Origin: Geminicoccaceae bacterium | Lineage (GTDB): Bacteria > Pseudomonadota > Alphaproteobacteria > Geminicoccales > Geminicoccaceae | Assembly: GCA_020638495.1 (NCBI GenBank) | Contig: JACKIN010000003.1 | Coordinates: 127,997 to 191,996 of the forward strand | DNA length: 64,000 bases | Reading direction: 5' to 3' | In this document: positions 51,382-61,560 of the stretch, in pieces | How positions within the stretch are numbered: the first letter of the stretch is position 1 | Layout of the letters: every line of letters begins with the position of its first letter | Notes under the pieces: model-generated | Seen by the model: only the letters and a program-made list of their open reading frames with translations | What the model was told of the DNA's origin: nothing | The model's database searches: none | Position numbers and translations under genes: made by a program

Positions 51382-51567
51382 CACGGCACCTCACCCGCAG
51401 CCCGTCGGCGGGTCGGCGGCCGATTGGCAGGTCGGCAGGTTGCGGCTATGCTATGGCATGGCCCGTCAGCTGCCCGATAACCACCAGTCGTGTCGCACGA
51501 GCGACCGCCATGCCCCGACCGCGGGGCTATGGCAGGTCGGAGTCGTGACGATCGGGCGGAGCCTGTC

Positions 51568-52653
51568 TTGATCGGGCTCGTGGCCGTGGCGGCGCTGCTC
51601 GGGCTGGCGGTCGGCTGGCTGCTCGAGCGCAGCCATTTCTGCACCATGGGCGCGATCAGCGACGCCTATCTCTTCGGCAGCCTGCGCCGGCTGCGAAGCT
51701 GGCTGCTCGCGATGGCGACCGCCCTGCTCCTGACCCAGACGCTGGCGTTCTCGGGCCTCGTGCCGCTCGATGACACGCCTTATCTGGCACGGCCCCTGGA
51801 GCCGCTGGCGCTCTTCATCGGCGGTCTCCTCTTCGGGATCGGCATGGTCATGGCCGGCGGCTGCGCCAGCCGCAATCTGGTGCGCCTCGGCACCGGCAGC
51901 CTCAAGGCGCTGGTCGTCGTCCTGGCGCTCGGCCTCACCGCCATGGCCACCGCCGGCGGCCTACTCGCCTGGCCGGCCGACCTGCTGCAGGCAGCTTCGG
52001 CCGGTTCCGGGCAGAGCCTCGGCGGGCTCCTGGCCGGCGGCATCCCGGCGGGGGCGCGGGCCCTCGACTTCGTCCTCGCTTTGCTCATCGGCGGCGGCCT
52101 GCTCTTCTGGATCTTCAAGGATCCCGGCTTTCGCCGCAATCGCGCCGACCAGATGGTCGGCCTCGGGCTGGGCACAGCCGCTGCTGCGGGTTTTCTCGCG
52201 ACGGGCTGGCTCTTCCTCGACCCCGCCGGGCAGGCTGGCGTCGTCTCGCTCAATTTCGCGGGCCCGATGGCCGAGGCCGTCGCCTGGGCCGCAACGGGCC
52301 AGGGCACCTGGCCCGGATTCGGTGCTGCGCTGGTGCTCGGCACCGTCGCCGGCGCCGCCTTCTCCGCCGGCAGCGCCAAGCGCGCGCGAATCGAGACGTT
52401 CTCGAGCCGCGACGATATGATACGCCACGTGGCGGGCGCCGGGCTCATGGGCTTCGGTGGCATGCTGGCCATGGGCTGCACGATCGGCCAGGGCGTGAGC
52501 GGCCTCGCCACCCTGGCCCCGGGCTCGTTCCTGGCGCTGGCCGGCATCGTGCTGGGTGCGCTGCTCGGCCTGCGGCGTCTCGAGCACGGCAGCTGGCGTG
52601 GTGCGATAGGCTGGGGCGGCGGTCGGCGGCTGGAGCCGGCGGAGCGGATTTGA
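51568..52653 (+). CDS. YeeE/YedE family (Sulf_transp) thiosulfate/sulfur-anion transporter-like membrane protein
   Basis: The three conserved Cys motifs are present: ERSHFCTMGAI, GMVMAGGCASRNLVRLGTG and GFGGMLAMGCTIGQG, as in E. coli YeeE. TTG at 51568 has GGAG 6-7 nt upstream. Alternatives are ATG 51529 and the ORF start at 51490. Confidence 0.85.
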   Translation: MIGLVAVAALLGLAVGWLLERSHFCTMGAISDAYLFGSLRRLRSWLLAMATALLLTQTLAFSGLVPLDDTPYLARPLEPLALFIGGLLFGIGMVMAGGCASRNLVRLGTGSLKALVVVLALGLTAMATAGGLLAWPADLLQAASAGSGQSLGGLLAGGIPAGARALDFVLALLIGGGLLFWIFKDPGFRRNRADQMVGLGLGTAAAAGFLATGWLFLDPAGQAGVVSLNFAGPMAEAVAWAATGQGTWPGFGAALVLGTVAGAAFSAGSAKRARIETFSSRDDMIRHVAGAGLMGFGGMLAMGCTIGQGVSGLATLAPGSFLALAGIVLGALLGLRRLEHGSWRGAIGWGGGRRLEPAERI

Positions 52654-53549
52654 GCAAGGTCCGGGGTCGACCCGGCGCGGGACAAAGGATGACGATGGCA
52701 GAGGCGGCGACAGGGCGATCGGGCGGCAGGTCGGGTGATCCCCTGCCGGGTGCCGGCCTGCAGCCAGGCACGCTCGCCGGGGCGCCGGGTCGGCGCCTGC
52801 GGCGGCTCGGCTACGCGCTCGCCGGTCTCGCCCTGCTCGGAGTCGTGGCCGGGACGGCCCGGGCCAGCGGCTTCATTGCCGACCTGTCGCATCACCTGAT
52901 CGCCATCACCACCGCCTTCACCGGCAGCAATGTCCTGCTGTTCGGTGCGCTCGACGATCCCGGCAGCGATGTGGTGGTGGTCGTGCGCGGGCCGGACACC
53001 AGCACGGCCGTGCGGCGCAAGAACCGCATCGGCCCCGTCTGGCTGAACACCGACGAGATGACCTTCTCCGCCGTGCCGTCCTTCTATGCCATCGCGGCGA
53101 GCGCGCCGCTCGGGGACATCGTGGCGCCCGACGAGCAGCGACGGTTTCGCATCGGCGTCGGCAATCTCGGCCTGCGCCCCGAGGCCAGCGGCGATCGGTC
53201 CGCCCTGGAGATCAGCGAGTTCCGCGAGGCCCTCGTCCGCAACAAGGAAAAGGTCGGCCTCTATGCGGCGGAGATCGCACCGGTCCGCTTTCTCGGCGAC
53301 AAGCTCTTCCGGACGACCCTCGCCTTCCCGGCCAACGTGCCGCCGGGCAACTACCAGATCGAGGTGCTCCAGCTGCGGGATGGTTTCGTGGCCGGGGCGC
53401 AGACCAGCGTGCTGGTGATCTCGAAGGTCGGGCTCGAAGCCGAGATCTACGACGCGGCACGCACCCAGCCGGCGATCTACGGCCTCGTCTCGGTCATCCT
53501 CGCGGTCGGGGCAGGCTGGTCCGCGGGCATCTTCTTCAGAAAGCAGTGA
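52650..53549 (+). CDS. TIGR02186 / Alph_Pro_TM (PF09608-like) family protein of unknown function
   Basis: N-terminal signal/TM, FIADLSHHLIAITTAFTGSNVLLFGAL, VVVVRGP...AVRRKNRIGPVWLNT..MTFSAVPSFYAIA, and a C-terminal TM IYGLVSVILAVGAGWSAGIFF. These match my recollection of this alphaproteobacteria-restricted family. TTG at 52650 overlaps the yeeE stop (TTGA). ATG 52689 and 52695 are alternatives. Confidence 0.7.
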   Translation: MSKVRGRPGAGQRMTMAEAATGRSGGRSGDPLPGAGLQPGTLAGAPGRRLRRLGYALAGLALLGVVAGTARASGFIADLSHHLIAITTAFTGSNVLLFGALDDPGSDVVVVVRGPDTSTAVRRKNRIGPVWLNTDEMTFSAVPSFYAIAASAPLGDIVAPDEQRRFRIGVGNLGLRPEASGDRSALEISEFREALVRNKEKVGLYAAEIAPVRFLGDKLFRTTLAFPANVPPGNYQIEVLQLRDGFVAGAQTSVLVISKVGLEAEIYDAARTQPAIYGLVSVILAVGAGWSAGIFFRKQ

Positions 53550-53552
53550 GCC

Positions 53553-54107
53553 ATGAGCGGTGCCAGCAGCAACCAGGCGGTATCGGACGACGAGGCCCGG
53601 GCGGCGGAGGCCGGGGCGGGCGAGCCCGCTGCCGCCACCCAGGAGCAGCGCGTCTTTCTCGTCGTGGTCGACGAATCCGAGGAGATGCGGACAGCGCTCC
53701 GTTTCGCCTGCCGCCGCGCCCAGCACACGCGCGGGCGCGTCGCCCTGCTCTACGTGATCGAGCCGGCCGAGTTCCAGCACTGGCTCGGCGTCGGCCGGGT
53801 GATGGAGGAGGAGGCGCGGCTCGAGGCCGAGCGGCGGATGCAGACCCTGGCGGCCGAGGTCTTCGCCCAGACCGGATCGATGCCGGCCGTGCATATCCGC
53901 GAGGGCCAGCGCGCCGAGCAGCTCGTTGCCCTGCTCGACGAGGAGCCGTCGATCTCGCTCCTCGTGCTCGGCACCGCGACCGGCGGCGGCGATCCCGGGC
54001 CGCTCGTGACCTATCTGACCAGCAGCGCCGGCCGCAACCGGCTGCGCGTGCCGGTGACGCTCGTGCCCGGCCATCTGAGCGAGGCCGAGATCGACGCGCT
54101 GAGCTGA
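53553..54107 (+). CDS. universal stress protein (UspA family)
   Basis: VFLVVVDESEEMRTALRFACRRA...VALLYVIEP...LLVLGTATGGGDPGPLV...VPVTLVPG is the Usp alpha/beta fold pattern. It starts 3 nt after the upstream stop. Confidence 0.8.
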   Translation: MSGASSNQAVSDDEARAAEAGAGEPAAATQEQRVFLVVVDESEEMRTALRFACRRAQHTRGRVALLYVIEPAEFQHWLGVGRVMEEEARLEAERRMQTLAAEVFAQTGSMPAVHIREGQRAEQLVALLDEEPSISLLVLGTATGGGDPGPLVTYLTSSAGRNRLRVPVTLVPGHLSEAEIDALS

Positions 54108-54131
54108 GCGCGAGGGAACCGGACGAGCCGT

Positions 54132-54875
54132 TCAGATCCGCTCGCCGCCCGGCAATCGCATGAAGCGAACGGGCAGGACCGACCGGCCGCCGAGCGAGCC
54201 GTCCGCGCGCCGGATCACCAACATCAATGACTGCTCGCTCTCCGCCGGGCCGATCGGCGCGACCAGCCGACCGCCCGGCGCCAGCTGGCGAAGCAGGGCC
54301 TGCGGCAGGCGGTCGACGGCGAGGCGGACGATGATCGCATCGAAGGTCCGCTCGGCTTCCGGCCAGCCGTCATAGGGATCGGCGCTGCGCACCTCGACAT
54401 TCCCGTAGCCGAGCCGCTCGAGCCGGGCCGCCACCGCCGTTGCGGCCGCCGCATCGAGATCGACGGCGTGGACGCGGGCTGCGAGCCGGCTCGCCACCGC
54501 CGCGTGATAGCCGCCACCGACACCCAGAACGAGCACGTCGTCGCCCGCCTGGATATCCACCAGATCGGACATCAGGGCGACGAGGAAGGGCTGGGATTCG
54601 CGCAGGCCGAACGCCGCCGGCAGCGGCAGGTCGAGATAGGCATAGGCCGCCACCGCCTCGGGCACGAACAGGTGCCGCGGCACCTCGCGGATGGCTTCGA
54701 GGACGCTTGGGGCGATGACCGGGTGGCCGGTGACGGGCCCCGCGAGCTCGGCATTCAGCTCGACCTGGGCCACCAGCCCGGCCCGGGCCGAAGCGTATTC
54801 CGTCGCCTCCTGCGCCACCGCCGCAAGTGCCGGGGCCTGCAGCAGCAGCAGCGTGAGCGCCAGGCCGAGCCGCAT
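54132..54875 (-). CDS. pcm: protein-L-isoaspartate O-methyltransferase homologue with an N-terminal Sec-type signal peptide
   Basis: VLEAIREVPRHLFVP, the SAM motif DVLVLGVGGGYHAAV, and LAPGGRLVAPIG. ATG at 54875 has GGGAG 8 nt upstream and gives MRLGLALTLLLLQAPALAAVAQE. The longest ORF extends to 54971. Confidence 0.82.
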   Translation of the reverse strand: MRLGLALTLLLLQAPALAAVAQEATEYASARAGLVAQVELNAELAGPVTGHPVIAPSVLEAIREVPRHLFVPEAVAAYAYLDLPLPAAFGLRESQPFLVALMSDLVDIQAGDDVLVLGVGGGYHAAVASRLAARVHAVDLDAAAATAVAARLERLGYGNVEVRSADPYDGWPEAERTFDAIIVRLAVDRLPQALLRQLAPGGRLVAPIGPAESEQSLMLVIRRADGSLGGRSVLPVRFMRLPGGERI

Positions 54876-55076
54876 CTCCTTCGCTCCCGGGAAAGGATCG
54901 ATCAACCGGTCGAGCTCGCCTCGGCCATGAAACCCTTCCGAAGGCACCGCGTCAATGCCCGGACGCTTCATCCGCCGGTGCCGGTCCTTGCAAGAACTCA
55001 GCCAGTGACCGCTTCACCGTCATTGTCCGCGAGCCGAACGAGTGCCGCAGGAGGCGGGCCTTCAACCAAAACGCCC

Positions 55077-55106
55077 TTGCAATCGCAGTTGTGGATCGCC
55101 ATTATC
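55077..55106 (+). promoter_or_regulatory. candidate sigma70-type promoter of cspA (would give a leader of roughly 145 nt)
   Basis: TTGCAA (55077-82), a 17-nt spacer, and CATTAT (55100-05). Confidence 0.35.
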
Positions 55107-55256
55107 TTCGCCATCGATCCGCTAAGGTAAGTTGTTTCGGCCGGCATGGTTTTGCCTTGCCGGCCAGGGGTGCCGCAGGGTGCCTGGACTTCCTGACCGA
55201 CGTGGCTTGACGCCGTGGTGATGGTCGCCACGGTAACTTCAGCTTGGGGATGGAAT

Positions 55257-55466
55257 ATGTCCACCGGCACCGTAAAGTGGTTCAACAGCACCAAGGGCTA
55301 CGGCTTTATCCAGCCTGACAACGGCACCAGCGATGTGTTCGTGCACATCTCGGCCGTCGAGCAGGCCGGCATGAGCAGCCTGAACGAGGGCCAGAAGGTC
55401 TCGTTCGACGTGACGACCGACCCGCGCCGCGGCAAGACGTCCGCGACCAATCTCCGCGCCGTCTGA
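55257..55466 (+). CDS. cspA: cold-shock protein (CspA family)
   Basis: [31 protein letters not shown] contains the RNP1 and RNP2 motifs. Confidence 0.93.
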   Translation: MSTGTVKWFNSTKGYGFIQPDNGTSDVFVHISAVEQAGMSSLNEGQKVSFDVTTDPRRGKTSATNLRAV

Positions 55467-55490
55467 CACTCAGGCGTCGCGAACCGGATC

Positions 55491-55518
55491 GGGCCGGCCG
55501 TTAACGGCCGGCCCTTTT
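55491..55518 (+). terminator. rho-independent terminator after cspA
   Basis: GGGCCGGCCG-TTAA-CGGCCGGCCC followed by TTTTCGTCTTTT. Confidence 0.75.
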
Positions 55519-55572
55519 CGTCTTTTCCGAGAACTCGAGGGCCCGCTCGGCATCAGGGGCCAGGGAGAACGA

Positions 55573-55842
55573 ATGGCGAAGGAAGACATGATCGAGATGG
55601 AGGGCACCGTCACCGAGGTGCTCCCGGACGCACGGTTTCGCGTCAAGCTCGAGAACGGGCACGAGATCATCGGCTACGCCTCCGGGCGGATGCGCAAGCA
55701 CCGTATCCGGATCATCGCCGGCGATCCGGTGACGCTGGAGCTGACGCCCTACGACCTGACCAAGGGTCGCATCAACTACCGGCACAAGACGGCGGGCCCC
55801 ACCCCGACCGGCAACCGCCGCCCGCCCCCGCGTCGCCGCTGA
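55573..55842 (+). CDS. infA: translation initiation factor IF-1 with a 17-aa Arg/Pro-rich C-terminal extension
   Basis: [72 protein letters not shown] is a full canonical IF-1. The ORF continues as [17 protein letters not shown]. Confidence 0.93.
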   Translation: MAKEDMIEMEGTVTEVLPDARFRVKLENGHEIIGYASGRMRKHRIRIIAGDPVTLELTPYDLTKGRINYRHKTAGPTPTGNRRPPPRRR

Positions 55843-55943
55843 GCGAACCGGGCTGTTGCGCGCTCGTCGCGCACCCCCTCTGCATTTCTCGGGCGCGTGC
55901 ACTTTCGTGACGCCCATTCATCCAGACGAGCGCCAGAACCAGC

Positions 55944-57041
55944 ATGGGCTTCAACTGCGGCATTGTCGGCCTGCCGAACGTCGGCAAGTCCACCCTTTTC
56001 AACGCGCTGACGCAGACCGCGGCGGCGGCCGCGGCCAATTATCCCTTCTGCACCATCGAGCCCAATGTCGGGCGGCTGCCGGTGCCCGACCCGCGCCTCG
56101 ATCTCCTGGCAAAGCTCGGCAAGTCGGCGAAGACCCTGCCGACCCAGCTCGAGATCAAGGACATCGCCGGTCTCGTCCGCGGGGCCTCCAAGGGCGAGGG
56201 GCTCGGCAACAAGTTCCTCGGCGCCATTCGCGAGGTCGATGCGATCCTCGAGGTGCTGCGCTGCTTCGAGGATGACGACATCACCCATGTCGAGGGCGGC
56301 GTCGATCCGCTGCGCGACGCGGAGCTGATCCAGACCGAGCTCCTGCTCGCCGACATCGACAGCCTGAACCGGCAGAAGGACGGCCTCGTCAAGCGCATCC
56401 GCGCCCAGGACAAGGAGGCGAAGCGCCGGCTCGAGCTGATCGAGCACATCCTGCCGCTGATGGAGGAGGGCCGGCCGGTGCGCCGGCTGCCGCTCGATCC
56501 GGAGCAGCGACTGCTCGTCGCAGACCTCACGCTGCTGACCGCCAAGCCCCTGCTCTACGTCCTCAATGTCGACGAGGCGGCAGCCGCGGGCGGCAACGAC
56601 TGGAGCGCCAAAGCCGCCGCCATGGCTGCCGGCGAAGGGGCCGGCAGCGTCGTCGTGTCGGCGGCGATCGAGGCGGAGCTGGCGGGCCTGCCAGCCGAGG
56701 AGCGGGCCGAGTACCTCACGAGCCTCGGCCTCGAGGAGCCCGGCCTCAACCGCGTCATCCGCGAGGGCTATGCGCTGCTCGACCTGATCACCTTCTTCAC
56801 GGTGGGCCCCAAGGAAGCGCGCGCCTGGACCGTCGAGAAGGGGGCCACCGCACCCCAGGCAGCCGGCGTCATCCACACCGATTTCGAGCGCGGCTTCATC
56901 GCCGCCGAGGTCATCACTTTTGACGATTTCGCCGCGCTCGGCAGCGAGCAGGCGGTCAAGGAAGCCGGCAGGATGCGGCTCGAGGGCCGCGACTACGTCA
57001 TCAGGGACGGCGACGTCTGCCATTTCCGCTTCAACGTCTGA
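55944..57041 (+). CDS. ychF: ribosome-binding ATPase YchF
   Basis: GIVGLPNVGKSTLFNALT...ANYPFCTIEPN, and the C-terminal TGS domain (AWTV..GATAPQAAGVIHTDFERGFI). Confidence 0.95.
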   Translation: MGFNCGIVGLPNVGKSTLFNALTQTAAAAAANYPFCTIEPNVGRLPVPDPRLDLLAKLGKSAKTLPTQLEIKDIAGLVRGASKGEGLGNKFLGAIREVDAILEVLRCFEDDDITHVEGGVDPLRDAELIQTELLLADIDSLNRQKDGLVKRIRAQDKEAKRRLELIEHILPLMEEGRPVRRLPLDPEQRLLVADLTLLTAKPLLYVLNVDEAAAAGGNDWSAKAAAMAAGEGAGSVVVSAAIEAELAGLPAEERAEYLTSLGLEEPGLNRVIREGYALLDLITFFTVGPKEARAWTVEKGATAPQAAGVIHTDFERGFIAAEVITFDDFAALGSEQAVKEAGRMRLEGRDYVIRDGDVCHFRFNV

Positions 57042-57071
57042 GCTTCCCCGAGAGGCGGACCTGCCTGTCCG

Positions 57072-58169
<1,098 letters not shown>

Positions 58170-58219
58170 CGACGATTTCTCTCTTTCTCAAACTGACCGG
58201 TGGCGAGGCACGGCCGGGA

Positions 58220-59049
<830 letters not shown>

Positions 59050-59050
<1 letters not shown>

Positions 59051-59988
59051 CACTTGTCTCCGCTCAGATTGAGCCGGCCGGCGTAGATGTAGAGGATGGT
59101 GATGCCGGCGATGATCAGGAAGAGCAGGGTCGAAGCAGCGGAGCCGTAGGCGAAATTGTCGAAATCGAAGAGGTGCTGCCTTGCATAGACCGACATGGTA
59201 ACGGTCTGCGCATTGTTGGGGGTGAGCACGTAGATCAGGTCGAAGATCCGCAAGGAATCGAGCATGCGGAAGATGACCGCCACCATGATCGCCGGGCGGA
59301 TCAAGGGCAGCGTCACCCTGAAGAAGACCTTGACCGGATGGATGCCGTCGACCTTCGCGGCCTCGTAGATGTCGCCCGGCAGCATCTGCATGCCGGCGAG
59401 GATCAAGAGCGCCATGAAGGGCGTGGTCTTCCACACATCGACGATGATCACGGCGATCATCGCGGTCTCGGGCTGGGCGGTCCAGGCAATGGGCGCACTG
59501 ATCAGCCCGAGCTTCAGGAACATGTCGTTCAGGATGCCGAACTGGTCGTTCATCATCCAGTCCCACATCTTCGCCGAGACGATGGTGGGAATGGCCCAGG
59601 GCACCAGGATCGCGGCGCGCACGAACCCGCGGCCGGCGAATTCGGCGTTCAGCACCAGGGCCACGATGAGGCCGAGCAGTGTCTCGATCGTCACCGCGAT
59701 GACGGTGAAGTAGACCGTGTTCCAGACGGCGCGCCACCAGGTCGGGTCCGCGAGCAGCCCGATCCACTCGCCGTCGCCCTCGCCGTAGTCGAGCCAGAAG
59801 AGATAATTCTCGAAGCCGATCCACTGCCCGCTGCCCGGCTGCGACAGCTTGGCGTCGGTGAAGCCGAGCCAGATCGTCCGCAGCAGGGGCCAGCCGGCCA
59901 CCGCCAGCAGCACCAGCATCATCGGGACCAGGAAGATCCAGGCAGCGCGGATCTTCTCGCGAGTCAGCTGGGAGGTGGCGGCGGCCAT
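59050..59988 (-). CDS. carbohydrate ABC transporter permease (MalF/ThuF-like)
   Basis: EAA loop [24 protein letters not shown] and six predicted TM segments. Confidence 0.9.
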
Positions 59989-60019
59989 GTTGCGTTCCCT
60001 GCCCGATCTGGTTGCGTCA

Positions 60020-60092
60020 CCCCGGTGCCGGCACCGGGGCCGTTCTCTACCCGGGAGGCGACATGATGCCGGCGGCCCGCGCCGGCATCATG
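60020..60092 (-). promoter_or_regulatory. two strong intercistronic hairpins between the binding-protein gene and the first permease gene
   Basis: CCCCGGTGCC/GGCACCGGGG (60020-39) and a 13-bp perfect stem CATGATGCCGGCG-GCCCG-CGCCGGCATCATG (60062-92). Confidence 0.5.
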
Positions 60093-60102
60093 CCTCGCCC
60101 AA

Positions 60103-61371
60103 CTACCAGCCGGAGCGGCGGATGCGCTTCAGGTTGCGCTCGAGCTCCGCGAGGTTGGTGGCGGCATCGCCCGTGCCCGAAAGCGTGTTGTGGACGGCCG
60201 TCCAGAACTCCTGGCTCACCTGGTTGTAGTTCGCCTTGGTCGGCGCCGATGGCCGCGGCACCGCATTCAGGAAGATGTCGAGCCAGAGCGGGATGACCGG
60301 CTGGGCCTCCGCCACCTCGGCATCCTCGTAGAGCGCGGGGATCGTCGGCAGGCGGGTCGTCTCGATGGCGCGGTCCTTCTGGACCTCGGCGCTGGCCAGG
60401 AACTTGACCAGCTCGATCGCCGCCTCCTGGTCCGGCGAGTAGGCCGAGACGGCGAGATTCCAGCCGCCGAGCGTGGCGGCGCTGCGGTCGCCGCTCGGGC
60501 CGATCGGCAGCGGCACCACGGCGAACTTGTCCTTGACCGCCGAATCGTCGCCGTTGCTCAGCGCGTAGGCATAGGGCCAGTTGCGCATGAAGACCGAGTT
60601 GCCGACCTGCCAGACGCCGCGGGCCTCCTCCTCCTTGTAGCCGAGGACACCGGGCGGCGAGATGGTGTCGACCCAGGTCCTGGCCAGGTCGATCGCCTCG
60701 GCGGCGTTCTCGTTGTTGATCGAGATCTCGCCGTCCGGCTCGACGATCTGGCCGCCGCCGTTCGACTTCACCCACTCGAGCGCATTGCAGGTGAGCCCCT
60801 CATAGGCGGAGCCCTGCCAGACGAAGCCCCAGATCTCCGCATTGCCCTCGGCGCGCTCGGCTTCCATCACCGCCTGCGCCGTCTCGGCCATCCCGACCCA
60901 GGTGGTCGGCGGCTCGAAGCCGTGCTTCTCGAGCAGATCGGTCCGGTAGTAGAGGGCCGGCGCATCGGTGAACATCGGCAACGCCACGATCTTGCCGTCC
61001 ACCGTCTGCGATTCGATGATCGCCGGGAAATGCTCGCCGACGACGTCCTGCACGTGCTCGGTCAGGTCGACGAAATGGCTGGCGAGCTGCGGCGCCCAGA
61101 TGACGTCCGTGCGATAGACGTCGATATCGGGGTTCTGCGCCGAGAGCCAGAGGCGATACTGGCCGAACTGGTCGGAGGTCGAGGCCGGCATGGTGACGAT
61201 GGAGACCGTGTGCCCCGTCCGTTCCTCGAACCAGTCGAGATGCTTGCGCAGCTCGTCGATGTCCCGGCCGACCGCCCCGCTGACGATCGAGAGCTCCGCG
61301 GCACCAGCCGCACCACTGACCAGACCGGCCAGAACGAGTGTCAGCAAGCCAGTTCGTGTGCGCAAACGCAT
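60103..61371 (-). CDS. carbohydrate ABC transporter substrate-binding protein (ThuE-like, trehalose/maltose type)
   Basis: Signal peptide MRLRTRTGLLTLVLAGLVSGAAGA. DVYRTDVIWAPQLA, ALPMFTDAPALYYRTDLLEK, IWGFVWQGSAYEGLTCNALEW and GGWNLAVS resemble rhizobial ThuE as I recall it. Confidence 0.85.
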   Translation of the reverse strand: MRLRTRTGLLTLVLAGLVSGAAGAAELSIVSGAVGRDIDELRKHLDWFEERTGHTVSIVTMPASTSDQFGQYRLWLSAQNPDIDVYRTDVIWAPQLASHFVDLTEHVQDVVGEHFPAIIESQTVDGKIVALPMFTDAPALYYRTDLLEKHGFEPPTTWVGMAETAQAVMEAERAEGNAEIWGFVWQGSAYEGLTCNALEWVKSNGGGQIVEPDGEISINNENAAEAIDLARTWVDTISPPGVLGYKEEEARGVWQVGNSVFMRNWPYAYALSNGDDSAVKDKFAVVPLPIGPSGDRSAATLGGWNLAVSAYSPDQEAAIELVKFLASAEVQKDRAIETTRLPTIPALYEDAEVAEAQPVIPLWLDIFLNAVPRPSAPTKANYNQVSQEFWTAVHNTLSGTGDAATNLAELERNLKRIRRSGW

Positions 61372-61560
61372 GGCCGAACCTCCCTCTTGGTTGCTCGAAT
61401 CGTACCTCGGTTTTAACGCATCGCGACAAGAAATCCAGCCGCGACGACCGCCGGCCGCGCAACGGAAGCAGAACCGCCCGCCGTCGAAGGCTTTGCTCGC
61501 CGATCGCTCTGGCGTGAGTTTCATGCGTGTACTAACGAGGCGTCGTCAGAGATCGACGAG

